A stretch of DNA of 24,025 nucleotides, from contig JAEOUE010000036.1 of NCBI GenBank assembly GCA_016839515.1, forward strand, positions 1-24,025, in the 5' to 3' direction. The stretch is from Candidatus Hodarchaeum mangrovi. GTDB taxonomy: Archaea > Asgardarchaeota > Heimdallarchaeia > Hodarchaeales > Hodarchaeaceae. Under the pieces are notes generated by a model. The model searched no databases and was not told the DNA's origin. It was given only the letters and a program-made list of their open reading frames with translations. Below, one piece after another: positions 7,599 to 17,709 of this stretch. The translations under genes were made by a program, and so were the position numbers. Each line of letters begins with the position of its first letter. Position 1 is the first letter of the stretch.

Positions 7599-9929
7599 AT
7601 GAAATCATTAGATGTAGATGCAAAGCATCTTATTCGTAATTATGTTGATAGTATTGAGGAATATCTCCGTAACAAGGGTAATCTACACCCCAATGAAATT
7701 GATTCCCTCCTTAATGAAATAAACGATTTTATCCATTTGAGGAGTCGGGAGCTATCTGAAGAAGACCGTGTGCATTATGATGTTGTTTTAAAAGCTATTG
7801 ATGAGTGTGGGTCGCCATCTGAAATTGGTGATGCATTTTTGGAGTTACAAGAAGAAGGGGGGTCTAGTGAGGATTTCTGGAAGAGAATAGGGGTTTCATC
7901 TCCCATGATTGATAAACTAAATCTTTCAAAAGCTTCCTCTGCTACATCTCATCCATCAACACCCCCCAAATCTGTCTATCAAGAAAAAATTGCTGACTCC
8001 CGTATCCAGGCTCGTAATTATTTCTCTGTTTTAATTCAATCTATCTCGAATTCATATGGTAAATCATTAATCTTCATTTTTTATCGATTTTTCTTTCTTT
8101 ACTTCATCAGTTTTATTTTTATTTCATTAATTGTAAGTCGTCCCGAAGACATATTTAGTTACTACTTCGACATTGCTCCATATTATATTAATCCTGAACT
8201 AATTATATTAGATGTAAATGGAGCCAGTTATTTAACCAACAACCTTCTATCAACTTATACAATAGCGAGTATATTACTAGTTTTTTGGGAAGGTATTGTG
8301 ATTCATAGAATTAAGACTTGGCTTCATTTCACCCGTTCTTTTAATCGTCGGATTGATGATGCTCTAATTATCTGGGTATCTCGATTTGGCTTTCTTCTTC
8401 TTCTTTTCAAAGGAGCAGCGTTGTATGTACCTTATTACATTTTTTTCTTACCAGTTTGGATTATATTATTTGTTTTATTAGAACGTCAGTTGAATTCGGT
8501 CTTATGGGCCCAAAGGATTGCTCCTTGGATAACTAATTTTGGTTTAAGCCTAACAAATCCCTCTTATAAATCAGATTCTCAGAATAAACCTTCATTCCCC
8601 AACTTAGAATGGTTCCGTTATAATATGACAATACCACAACGTATTCTATTTATATTTACCTTTCTATTATTTTTGATTATGATGCTCTTTCCCTTCACAT
8701 TTTTATCAATCACAACTTATTCTTCACAAACTTGGACTCGTTCAGGGTATGACATTGCCGGTCTTTGGTATTACGTAACCATATTTAACCAGGTTGGTAT
8801 TGGAGTTATAGCATTAACAATTTTTTACTCAGTAATAGTCCGATTTCAAAAACATATATTAACTACTACTATTTTTAATCATGGATCTATTTTTGAAGCA
8901 GGATTACAACCACAATTATGGTTAAATCGTTTAGTTCTTCTTCAAATGGGTGTTATAACTTGGATGCATGGTGGTCATTTCGATTATATTCCTCTAGCAT
9001 TTTTAATTATCAGTCTTTTTTTCCTTTCTGAGTTATTCTTAAGTAAAACTGACGGATCTTTGATTAAAACACTTTTCGCTGCTTTTCTTTTAACTCTTAG
9101 TGGTGCTGAGAGCTCAGAGAAAATAAAACCTATTGATGCTACCATCTCACCCACCTCATTTGGTAAACCAACTCAGATTATTCCCTCAGAAAAGTTAACT
9201 ACACCAAATCTACCTTCATTTCAAAAGATGATTTCGCCATTAAGTAAACAAGAAAATAAAGTGAAAAGCACCACCCCAAGTCCTCCAAGTGTTCAGGAAC
9301 CCCCTTCGACTTTAATTGCATCTAAAAAAGGTAGGCTAACAAGATTTTTGTTCTTTTTCTTCAAATCCATTGGTCGTTTTTTGAAAAATGTCTTTACAGT
9401 CTTTTATCCTTTTATTAGAGCTATAACTATAACTTTAGCAATATTTATAGCAACAATTTATGAAATTGTAATAATGTACGTGATTTTGGTTACTGGGAAT
9501 AATGTTGAAGGATATTATGTTATACCTACTTTTTCTATTGACCTCTCCTTTCTTGTTGGATTTCCATATGTAAAACAACTAGGACCATATACAGTATGGG
9601 TTTATTATGCGTTAATTTTAGTAGCAATTCATGCATTTATTGTAATTTTCTTAGGAATGTATAGCCTCTTTCAGAGAGATCAAGAGGGTTCGCTTTTAAG
9701 GATTGGAAGAGGTCTTACTCGTATTTATCTTCTGTGGATGTTTCTTTATCTTCTAATTTGGGGATGGGTTTGGGATATTTTCATTCAAATTAGATTAATG
9801 TGCATTCTTCTGATTACGTTTTTCTTTGAAATTGCGAATCTAAAAATTCGTTCTGATCGAAAAAGATTAGGACTTGTAATACCAAAGCCTTCTAAAACCT
9901 CGAAAAAATCAGTTAAAAACGAAATATGA
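7599..9929 (+). CDS. HAAS (DUF1700-like) domain multi-pass membrane protein, ~12 TM
   Basis: N-terminal IRNYVDSIEEYL...EIDSLLNEINDFI...AIDECGSPSEIG is a HAAS pattern, followed by three TM clusters separated by Ser/Pro-rich linkers. ATG7599 is preferred over GTG7590 because AGGTGA (7588-7593) can serve as its SD. Confidence 0.8.
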   Translation: MKSLDVDAKHLIRNYVDSIEEYLRNKGNLHPNEIDSLLNEINDFIHLRSRELSEEDRVHYDVVLKAIDECGSPSEIGDAFLELQEEGGSSEDFWKRIGVSSPMIDKLNLSKASSATSHPSTPPKSVYQEKIADSRIQARNYFSVLIQSISNSYGKSLIFIFYRFFFLYFISFIFISLIVSRPEDIFSYYFDIAPYYINPELIILDVNGASYLTNNLLSTYTIASILLVFWEGIVIHRIKTWLHFTRSFNRRIDDALIIWVSRFGFLLLLFKGAALYVPYYIFFLPVWIILFVLLERQLNSVLWAQRIAPWITNFGLSLTNPSYKSDSQNKPSFPNLEWFRYNMTIPQRILFIFTFLLFLIMMLFPFTFLSITTYSSQTWTRSGYDIAGLWYYVTIFNQVGIGVIALTIFYSVIVRFQKHILTTTIFNHGSIFEAGLQPQLWLNRLVLLQMGVITWMHGGHFDYIPLAFLIISLFFLSELFLSKTDGSLIKTLFAAFLLTLSGAESSEKIKPIDATISPTSFGKPTQIIPSEKLTTPNLPSFQKMISPLSKQENKVKSTTPSPPSVQEPPSTLIASKKGRLTRFLFFFFKSIGRFLKNVFTVFYPFIRAITITLAIFIATIYEIVIMYVILVTGNNVEGYYVIPTFSIDLSFLVGFPYVKQLGPYTVWVYYALILVAIHAFIVIFLGMYSLFQRDQEGSLLRIGRGLTRIYLLWMFLYLLIWGWVWDIFIQIRLMCILLITFFFEIANLKIRSDRKRLGLVIPKPSKTSKKSVKNEI

Positions 9930-9950
9930 AACCAAGATTGAGGAAATAAG

Positions 9951-9986
9951 AAAAAAAGATAGGGGAACCTATCTTGTTCCTTTTTT
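9951..9986. terminator. Hairpin terminator, possibly bidirectional
   Basis: AAGATAGG-ggaa-CCTATCTT (9956-9975) with an A-run upstream and a T6 run downstream, just after the HAAS gene stop. Confidence 0.65.
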
Positions 9987-10333
9987 ATTCTTCATCAAGT
10001 TATACTAGTTATATGACTTAATTGGATTGGCTAATCTTAAACATTTAAAAAGAGGATTCAATTTTTGAATTTTTGGTTGGAATATCGATGATGAGTACGA
10101 ATGCTCAGTATTGTACAATTTTTGCAGCACTCGTTACTCCTGATACCGTGTCTGGCTAAAATTTTTGAAGATTTGAATGAAACTCCAACCAAAACGTGTT
10201 TTTTTCTCATCGTCGTCAGGATAGTCTTCTGAATCATACTTAATGCCATTATCTTATGGATTCCATCCTTTTGAGTTTTTTAGGTCTAAATTTATCTACC
10301 TGAGTTGAAAAATTATGAGAAGATGTCTGAGAA

Positions 10334-11569
10334 GTGAGTAGAATGTCCAGAAAAGATCGGAGTTACTTCACTTTAGATCAATTAAATCGAAATGAAAAAA
10401 TCTTTCTTATCACTGGATTTGATATAACTGTCCTTATCACTCCTGTGATTGTTTTAGTCTGGTTAGAAGCAGGATTAAATTTTGATGAAATGTTGTTACT
10501 TCAGGGGATCTTTGTATTACCAATTATCCTTCTAGAAGTTCCTAGCGGATCTCTCGCTGATTATTGGTCACGAAAAGGTTGTATCGTTTTATTCCATCTA
10601 TTATTTGGCTTAGGGATGTTTCTTTATGCGGTTGGAGATTCCTTTGTAGTATTTGCTTTTGCTGAATTACTTGCTGGTGTAGCCATTTCTTTCAAAACAG
10701 GTTCTGAAACTGCCCTAATTTATGATTCTTTATCAGTTCATTCAGGAACTCCTAATGGTATCTTTGGGCGTATTGTTGCCAATAGAATGATCATTACATT
10801 TGTTGGTAATGCTATTGGTGCTATTATAGGTGGAATAATTGCCTTAATTACTCAAATACGCCTTCCGATCCTCATAACATTTATGGGGCATGTGAGTTTT
10901 AGTGGAATTGCATTGTATGGATACACTGAACCACCTCGTGTCAGAGCTAGAACTCCAAGAGCTGCTATTTCAAAAGCATGTAATTCTCTACTAAGGAAAC
11001 CATACTTACAGTTAATACTACTTGTATCTTTAACAGGACTTGTATTCGCTAGAGTGGGTTTTTGGGCATTTCAACATATTTTTGTGAATGATTATGCTAT
11101 TAATCCATTTGCTATGGGAATTATAATGGCTATACTTAATGTTAGCGCAGCATTCACTTCAGTGATTATTCGATCGAGAGTGATTCAGTTAACCTCTACC
11201 ATTGTTCTTATCAGTCTTATAATTCTCGAAGGACTCTATCTTATTGCCCTTACTCAAGTTCAAACCATTATTGGAGTACTTTTTGTTGCCATTATTGGGC
11301 AAATAACCCGTGGTTCTCGCACACCATTGATTCAATCAATTATGCAGAATAACTTGGCTTCCGATGAACGAGCGACTTTCAATTCTATTATCTCATTGAT
11401 CGGATCGACTTTCTACTTAATAATCTCTTGGATTGTAAAGTTTGGTAGTTTTTCCCGTAATTCTACCCTCCTTCTCAGTGTATCTGGAATCTGTGGTTTA
11501 TTGGGTCTATTTCTGGTAATTTTATTTAAAAATACCAGTAGAACAAGTAAAATTCATTTAATTAAATAA
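10334..11569 (+). CDS. Major facilitator superfamily transporter
   Basis: LEVPSGSLADYWSRK (motif A), about 12 TM segments, and ERATFNS in the C-terminal half. Confidence 0.92.
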   Translation: MSRMSRKDRSYFTLDQLNRNEKIFLITGFDITVLITPVIVLVWLEAGLNFDEMLLLQGIFVLPIILLEVPSGSLADYWSRKGCIVLFHLLFGLGMFLYAVGDSFVVFAFAELLAGVAISFKTGSETALIYDSLSVHSGTPNGIFGRIVANRMIITFVGNAIGAIIGGIIALITQIRLPILITFMGHVSFSGIALYGYTEPPRVRARTPRAAISKACNSLLRKPYLQLILLVSLTGLVFARVGFWAFQHIFVNDYAINPFAMGIIMAILNVSAAFTSVIIRSRVIQLTSTIVLISLIILEGLYLIALTQVQTIIGVLFVAIIGQITRGSRTPLIQSIMQNNLASDERATFNSIISLIGSTFYLIISWIVKFGSFSRNSTLLLSVSGICGLLGLFLVILFKNTSRTSKIHLIK

Positions 11570-11570
11570 G

Positions 11571-11591
11571 ATTCCCTTCCTTTTTTTCCTT
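11571..11591 (+). terminator. Oligo-T terminator
   Basis: ATTCCCTTCCTTTTTTTCCTT directly after the MFS stop codon. Confidence 0.55.
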
Positions 11592-11819
11592 TTAAAGTCC
11601 TAATTCTCTTTTTATTAGGGTTTTTAAGATCTCTTTTTCGATCTTATCTTTATTTGGGATAGATTCATCCCCGATTATTTTCTTTCCCGCTTCTATTATC
11701 TTCTCTTTAGCTAAATCTTTCACTCCTGTTTCTTTAACAATTTCTTCGACAGCTGAATTAAGAGCAATTTTTACAGCTTCCTTTCCAGCGCCTTTAGCGA
11801 GTCCTCCAAGTCTTTTCAC
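11592..11819 (-). CDS. Small Lys/Glu-rich helical hypothetical protein, 75 aa
   Basis: Fits the intergenic gap exactly, has a GGAG SD upstream of the GTG start, and has natural amphipathic composition. Confidence 0.75.
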   Translation of the reverse strand: MKRLGGLAKGAGKEAVKIALNSAVEEIVKETGVKDLAKEKIIEAGKKIIGDESIPNKDKIEKEILKTLIKRELGL

Positions 11820-11934
11820 ATTTTTCTACTCCATTTCCAGTTATTTTTTGAGGAATGTACTATTTTTTATAAGCTTAAAACTCTTTACTTTTTCATCATA
11901 TAATTTACAGAGGAGTAAATAGGACTGGATTATA

Positions 11935-13113
11935 TTGCCAAATTTAGTATTGGAAAAATGCAAAGAATTATCAGAACAAATAATTCAATGGAGAAGGAAT
12001 ATTCATTCTAATCCCGAGTTAGGATTTCAGGAAACTGAAACCGCTAATTTAATTGTGTCAGTATTGACCCAGCTTGGTTTAGAAGTGCAAACCAAAATTG
12101 GACGAACTGGTGTTACAGCCACATTTGGGAATGGAAAACCTTGTATTGCTCTTCGAGCAGATATGGATGCCCTTCCTTTAGTAGATGGTAAAAAAGTCTC
12201 CTATGCTTCTCAAAACCCAGGGATTTCTCATGCGTGTGGACATGATGCTCACGTAGCAATGTTGCTTGGAACTGCCACAATTTTGAAAGGTTTTGATAAA
12301 TATTTTAAAACAGGGACTGTTAAATATATTTTTCAACCGTTTGAAGAGGGCCAGGATGATGATGGAGTTGGAGGTGCTGATGCGATGATGAAAGACGGCG
12401 TTCTTGAGGGTGTTGATGCAATTATTAGTCAACATGTGCATTCTGAATTAAAAGCAGGAACATTCCAAATAAAACCAGGTTATTTTTCTGCTGCAGTAGA
12501 TACTTTTTATGCCAAAATATATGGGAAAGGAGCTCATGGAGCGTATCCCCATAATTCAGTAGATCCGACATTTATTACCGCTCAAGTCATTAATACCATT
12601 CAAGGCATAATCAGTCGTCGTATAGATCCATTAGAACCTGCAGTTATATCGATCGGTGAGATCTCTGGAGGGACTGCGCCTAATATAATTCCTGAAGTAA
12701 TTGCTCTCTCTGGGACAATCCGTTCTTTAAGTTCAAAGGTTCGAAAACAACTTCATGAAGATCTAGAGAGTGCCTTCCAGATTTCACAAGCTTTTAAAGG
12801 AAATTATGAGCTTAAAATAATTCAAGGATATCCATCAATAAATAATGACCTAGATCTAGTTAAATTACTACAGGAAGTAGCAAAAAATATCTTTCCTCCA
12901 GAAGATATTCTTTTAGGTGGCTTAGGAATGGGTGCTGAGGATTTTGCTGTGTATTCTGAATCAATTCCTGGAGCTATGTTTTATTTAGGTACAGCACTGA
13001 CTCCTCCTCGAGTTCACCATTCTCCTAATTTTGACATAGATGATTCAGTTCTTTATCTCGGAACTGCTATAATGGCAGAAACAGTTCTTAGATATCTTAA
13101 TATTCAGATATAA
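11935..13113 (+). CDS. M20D-family amidohydrolase (HipO/AbgB/YxeP-like)
   Basis: RRNIHSNPELGFQE, RADMDALP, HACGHDAH, FQPFEEG, GAEDF and HHSPNFD motifs. Confidence 0.95.
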   Translation: MPNLVLEKCKELSEQIIQWRRNIHSNPELGFQETETANLIVSVLTQLGLEVQTKIGRTGVTATFGNGKPCIALRADMDALPLVDGKKVSYASQNPGISHACGHDAHVAMLLGTATILKGFDKYFKTGTVKYIFQPFEEGQDDDGVGGADAMMKDGVLEGVDAIISQHVHSELKAGTFQIKPGYFSAAVDTFYAKIYGKGAHGAYPHNSVDPTFITAQVINTIQGIISRRIDPLEPAVISIGEISGGTAPNIIPEVIALSGTIRSLSSKVRKQLHEDLESAFQISQAFKGNYELKIIQGYPSINNDLDLVKLLQEVAKNIFPPEDILLGGLGMGAEDFAVYSESIPGAMFYLGTALTPPRVHHSPNFDIDDSVLYLGTAIMAETVLRYLNIQI

Positions 13114-13637
13114 GTTAATTCGCTGTCTCGATGGCGTAATAGAATGTATTCCGGATTCAGGATTTCTGTTGGCGAGGGGGAATATTGTTCTTGATTAAAA
13201 TTATAAGGGAAAAAGGATCCCAGTCCAAAAATAGCTATTTTCCCAACTGGGTGATGCCTCCCAAATAATGCTATTGATAGATTTTCTGTCAATTTTCGTG
13301 TTTTATATTCATCTATCACTCCTGTTGCATGGATATATTCATGGAGCAATAGATGGAAAATATATGCTTTATATAATTCTGATTTTGACTCATTTCTCAT
13401 AATTCGTAAAGCACTCTTATTTAGGTAAATTTCGTTTGTTCCTACTCTATGGAATCCTCCAATGAAATTTCCCCGATCATATCCGAGTTCGACTAAACCT
13501 AAAAGAATTCCTGCTCGTGACTTATTAAAAAATTTACCGACTATATCCACAACCAAACGAAAGATTCCTGAAAAATCCTCAGGATCAAGATAATCATAAT
13601 TAGACCTAAAATAATTATATAAATCGGTTTTATTCAA
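13104..13637 (-). CDS. Hypothetical zincin-like metalloprotein (HEXXH)
   Basis: IGGFH..GTNEIYLN strand and LLHEYIH motif followed by DE. Overlaps the convergent amidohydrolase by 10 nt. Confidence 0.75.
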   Translation of the reverse strand: MNKTDLYNYFRSNYDYLDPEDFSGIFRLVVDIVGKFFNKSRAGILLGLVELGYDRGNFIGGFHRVGTNEIYLNKSALRIMRNESKSELYKAYIFHLLLHEYIHATGVIDEYKTRKLTENLSIALFGRHHPVGKIAIFGLGSFFPYNFNQEQYSPSPTEILNPEYILLRHRDSELTYI

Positions 13638-13820
13638 ATGGAATTAAACTCCTAATACTTTAATTCAATCATCTATCAAGGAATATTTGTTGACTAGCTT
13701 TTGGGTATCGTAATTCTTTTTCAACCATTGTATGTTTCATGATTCAAAGTTATTTGAATCGGGTAATTCTACTTTATTCTAAGAAATAGCTTAGGATATG
13801 TGTAATTTCCAGGGTTTTGG

Positions 13821-13837
13821 AAAAAAAGAAGAGGGAA
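13821..13837 (-). terminator. Oligo-T terminator
   Basis: On the minus strand, TTCCCTCTTCTTTTTTT follows the stop of the 518-aa gene. Confidence 0.5.
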
Positions 13838-15394
13838 TTAAAGAGATGGTTCCTTATCATCCTTAACATAGATAGTTTTTTTAGCCATGGGAGTGAACTG
13901 GTAGGTAACTGATCCCCAATTAGTGATTAGCTTATCTTTGTCTGATTGTTTTCGTAAATATTCAATATTTTTCAAATGAGAGGTCTGAAGATAATTAACT
14001 GCTAATAGTGATGCTCCAACAATAATAGATCCCAATAAAACTAAGAACAAACCAATAGTCCACAAGACAAGGAGTAAAAGGCCAAAAAGATCTAATGTAA
14101 ATCCTGCTACATTAATTTGACCAGTAGTTGTAGGTTGACCAGCCACACTTTGGGTGATTTCAGTTGCTAAAGCTCCAAGAGATAAAATACCAGAAAATCC
14201 GACAATAATTCCAATTCCATCTCTTAAGATTTTTCCGAGAGGTTTTATAGCAATTATATCCCCTTGGGGACTTATTTCCATCCTTTTAAATCCTCCTTCG
14301 TTATAAGCCCAGATAGTTGGGAAGTATAATAGAAGGAAGATTAATACAATAGGAGAAAGAACAGGGGACCAAACTAAAGCTATAAGTTTATTATTTTTAG
14401 AGCTTTGTACAAATATTATTGTTATGATAGCAGCTAATGCAGTAGGGAAAAAAATCATATCATACCATCTTTGTCGAAAAAGTTCTTTAAAAGTTGACCA
14501 AGAGCTAGACAGATCAATTATGTCAATAAAGCGTTCTTCTACAAAAAATTCGCCATTGAAGTCAAAAAATGGGATTAATCCGATAATTTTTCCTAATTTA
14601 CCATTTAGATTTTTCAGGATTAGATATCCCCAAAACTTTCCACTAAATAATCGTGAGATACGTGTTATTATTAACACGAAGGCTGTAATGATTCCTGCTC
14701 CTCCTCCAATGGCAACTGTTTGAAGAAGAGTTTGTGCAACATAGGAAAATTGGTCAAAGAAGTTTTCCCAGATAGTATTGACTACTTCACTTATCCATTG
14801 AAGAAAAGGACGATTTTTAACGATAAAGTAGTTACCTCGGTTTAAAACAATTTCACGTTGATCAACATCATCATAATAACGTTGAACAATAGAAAATTCT
14901 TCTCCAGGCTGATAACGAATAGACAATCTTCTAGATGGGAATAGATCAATCCACAAAAATTCTGGATGCTTAATTTTTACTTCATAAGCAGTATTATTAA
15001 ACAGAAGAAATGTTAAAACTCCTGTCTCTTGGATATAGAATACCATTCCATTTTCTCTATTTTCTTCCACTTTCCACAATTTAAAATCAGGGATTATATT
15101 CCCTCCAATATCTATGGCTTGTAACCGACCTTCTTTGAATTGAATCGTGATATTTTGGTAATATGCTGTAGTAGCATCCGGATTAAAATAAGAAAATCCT
15201 ATCAATTGACCCATTTCTTGACGAATTTGAGATACTATCTCATTTTCTTGGATTTCATAAGGAGTTTGAGGGAGTATAACAGCTGTAGAGATAAAAATTG
15301 TGCCTAAAACAGCACAAAGAGCGGAAAAAATCCAAATTATAATGAAAAAGGTGATTTTAGTACGATTACGCATTGTAGAAAGGCGGTATACCAT
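13838..15394 (-). CDS. Hypothetical polytopic membrane protein with N-terminal extracytoplasmic domain
   Basis: N-terminal TM, a ~170-aa beta-rich soluble region, then about five further TM segments. No family recognised. Confidence 0.8.
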   Translation of the reverse strand: MVYRLSTMRNRTKITFFIIIWIFSALCAVLGTIFISTAVILPQTPYEIQENEIVSQIRQEMGQLIGFSYFNPDATTAYYQNITIQFKEGRLQAIDIGGNIIPDFKLWKVEENRENGMVFYIQETGVLTFLLFNNTAYEVKIKHPEFLWIDLFPSRRLSIRYQPGEEFSIVQRYYDDVDQREIVLNRGNYFIVKNRPFLQWISEVVNTIWENFFDQFSYVAQTLLQTVAIGGGAGIITAFVLIITRISRLFSGKFWGYLILKNLNGKLGKIIGLIPFFDFNGEFFVEERFIDIIDLSSSWSTFKELFRQRWYDMIFFPTALAAIITIIFVQSSKNNKLIALVWSPVLSPIVLIFLLLYFPTIWAYNEGGFKRMEISPQGDIIAIKPLGKILRDGIGIIVGFSGILSLGALATEITQSVAGQPTTTGQINVAGFTLDLFGLLLLVLWTIGLFLVLLGSIIVGASLLAVNYLQTSHLKNIEYLRKQSDKDKLITNWGSVTYQFTPMAKKTIYVKDDKEPSL

Positions 15395-15455
15395 TTTTAA
15401 TCATTCCTTTAGAATAATCATAAAAAAACTTAGCTTTCTTGTTTTTTTAATATTA

Positions 15456-16616
15456 TCAAATATCTAAAGAATATTTTTCCTTACTATTTTCTCGCCCTTT
15501 GTAATTGAAGAATATCGTTAAAGGCATTTGCCTTCTATTATTCTTTAGTGAGGAAACACGTACACCAATTAACCTAATTTTTTTAGTTTTAGAATGGAAT
15601 TCTTGTAATAAGGAAAGAGCAGTGTGAAGAATTACTTTTTCATCAGCGTGATGATTTTGATAAGAAAAGCTACGCGTATATGTTTCAAATCCTTGAAATC
15701 GAATTTTAATTGACACAGTTCTAGTTACAAGGTCATAATTATGTAACTGATGTACCAATTTTCCAATTAATTCCTTAACTTTTATATTTATTACTTTCCA
15801 GTCTTGTTGATCCATACTAAAGGTTCTTTCTGAGCTTATTGACTTTCTTTCTCCCCTAATTATTCCTACTTCTTTAAAATTTTGTCCAGAAACTACCTTT
15901 TTTAAATATAATCCATAAGTACCAAACAAATTATATAATTTTTGTTCTGTTATGTCATTAATATCTCCAATAGTCTTAATACCTAATTTATTCATTCTTT
16001 CTTCTGATTTTTTTCCCACACCAATAATTTTTCTTACTGGAAGATAATAAATTTTTGAATTAAGTTCTGAATTATGAACTACAGAAATTCCTTCAGGCTT
16101 TTCTAAATCTGAAGCTATTTTTGCAATAGATTTCGTCTCTGCTACGCCTATACTTACAGGAAGCGATAAATTTTCTCGGATAGATGTCTGAATTTCCTTT
16201 GCGATAGCATATGGAGTCTCTCCATAATTTCTCCAATTTTTTGTTACATCTAAATATGCTTCATCAATTCCTGCTGGTTGAAATTTATTTGAATATTTCT
16301 CTAGTATTGTCATAACTTTCTCTGATTCTTCATGATAATTTGAAAAACCTATCTGATGACCTGAACAAATATATATACCATCAGGACATAACTTATGAGC
16401 TTGTGAAATTGGCATTGCAGAATGGAGCCCGAATTTTCTTGCTTCATATGAACAGGTTGAAACGACTCCTCTTCCTCTTCCGTTAGATGGGTCAGCTCCA
16501 ATAATCACTGGATAACCTTTTAAGAATGGGTGGTGTTTTATATGAACACTGGCGAAAAAACAATCTAAATCAACATGAATAATCACATGTTGCCATTCCA
16601 ATGATTTTAACACCAT
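15456..16616 (-). CDS. dinB: Y-family DNA polymerase IV (DinB/Dpo4)
   Basis: HVDLDCFFAS, CSYEARKFG, IDEAYLD, AKIASDLEKPEG, little-finger KSISSERTF and C-terminal PIP box QMPLTIFF. Confidence 0.97.
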   Translation of the reverse strand: MVLKSLEWQHVIIHVDLDCFFASVHIKHHPFLKGYPVIIGADPSNGRGRGVVSTCSYEARKFGLHSAMPISQAHKLCPDGIYICSGHQIGFSNYHEESEKVMTILEKYSNKFQPAGIDEAYLDVTKNWRNYGETPYAIAKEIQTSIRENLSLPVSIGVAETKSIAKIASDLEKPEGISVVHNSELNSKIYYLPVRKIIGVGKKSEERMNKLGIKTIGDINDITEQKLYNLFGTYGLYLKKVVSGQNFKEVGIIRGERKSISSERTFSMDQQDWKVINIKVKELIGKLVHQLHNYDLVTRTVSIKIRFQGFETYTRSFSYQNHHADEKVILHTALSLLQEFHSKTKKIRLIGVRVSSLKNNRRQMPLTIFFNYKGRENSKEKYSLDI

Positions 16617-16755
16617 TAGTAATAAAAATGATTAGCTACTTAAGTGTTTGAAACACCAATATATTTCTTTAAATCATCGCTTCTTCATTCTCCTTTGGAA
16701 TTTTAAATAAATTTGATAGTATATATTTTTCTTTGGGCTGAGAAGAAATATTTTA

Positions 16756-17484
16756 TTACTCAACATTAATAAACTCTAGTTCATTCATTATTGTTATTTC
16801 TTGTGTCTTAATTGGATCATAGTGACATTTTAATGCAAGTACTTCAACATTTTGATCCATAGCTTGTTGTAAAGCTTTTACAAAATATGGGTCAATTTGC
16901 TTATTAGGTGAAAATGCGTAAACGTCACTTCTTTTCACTATAAAGATAATAATCGCGTAATCAAAAATTTCTAAGGCTTCTACTAATTCTTTCACATGTT
17001 TTTTACCTCGAACCGTAGGAGCATCAGGAAATAAGGCAATACCTTCTTTTACTAGAGTAACACTCTTAATTTCTACAAGCATTTTCTTATCAATTATAGA
17101 ATTTTCCATTAAAAAATCAAAACGGCTTTTTTTAAAGGTAAATTCTGGTTTAGAAATATGATAATCTTTAAACCTTGGTATTTTATGAAATTCAGCCTGA
17201 AACAATTCATTTGTCAGTTGAGAATCAATATTTACCCAAATTTTATTATGTAAAACTCCTATAAGAGAAAAATTAGTTTTTCGTTTTGGGTTAATTTTTT
17301 CTTGTAATATTACTTTTGCTTGAGGAATTAATAACTCTTCAAGCCTTCCAGGATCAGGGACATGAGCTTGGACAACCTGTGAAATTTTATTGCCTTCAAA
17401 ACTAGTTAATAATTTTACATATGCAAGAAATCGGTTAGGACGAGATTTAAAACTAGCTAAATAAAAATTTCCTTTATATTTCAT
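16756..17484 (-). CDS. sfsA: DNA/RNA nuclease SfsA
   Basis: RPNRF, HVPDPGRLEELL, SRFDF, VEIKSVTL and FPDAPTVRGKKHVKEL motifs. Confidence 0.95.
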   Translation of the reverse strand: MKYKGNFYLASFKSRPNRFLAYVKLLTSFEGNKISQVVQAHVPDPGRLEELLIPQAKVILQEKINPKRKTNFSLIGVLHNKIWVNIDSQLTNELFQAEFHKIPRFKDYHISKPEFTFKKSRFDFLMENSIIDKKMLVEIKSVTLVKEGIALFPDAPTVRGKKHVKELVEALEIFDYAIIIFIVKRSDVYAFSPNKQIDPYFVKALQQAMDQNVEVLALKCHYDPIKTQEITIMNELEFINVE

Positions 17485-17709
17485 TGCCCAGTTGCTTCCA
17501 TGTTTTTCAAAAGATTTTTAATTTTTCTATTAAGAAAATTCAGGAGATTATTGGATATACTAGACAAATGTTTGTTATGCTTCATTATCAAGAAAAAGAT
17601 AAAAACGAATGGCTTAAAATATCATGATAAATACTAACTTCTCGTGAGCTTCTTAACAAGGAAACTTTTTCTCACAAGAAAGGTTTAAATTAACTTTAAT
17701 GCAGCTAGA

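Noticed and set aside
10058-10249. 63-aa minus-strand ORF or possible pseudogene remnant
   Set aside because: No recognisable family. Another frame (DSEDYPDDDEKK...) looks equally protein-like but is interrupted, so neither can be supported.
12178-12441. 87-aa minus-strand ORF
   Set aside because: Antisense shadow inside the amidohydrolase.
14424-14723. 99-aa plus-strand ORF
   Set aside because: Antisense shadow inside the 518-aa membrane protein.
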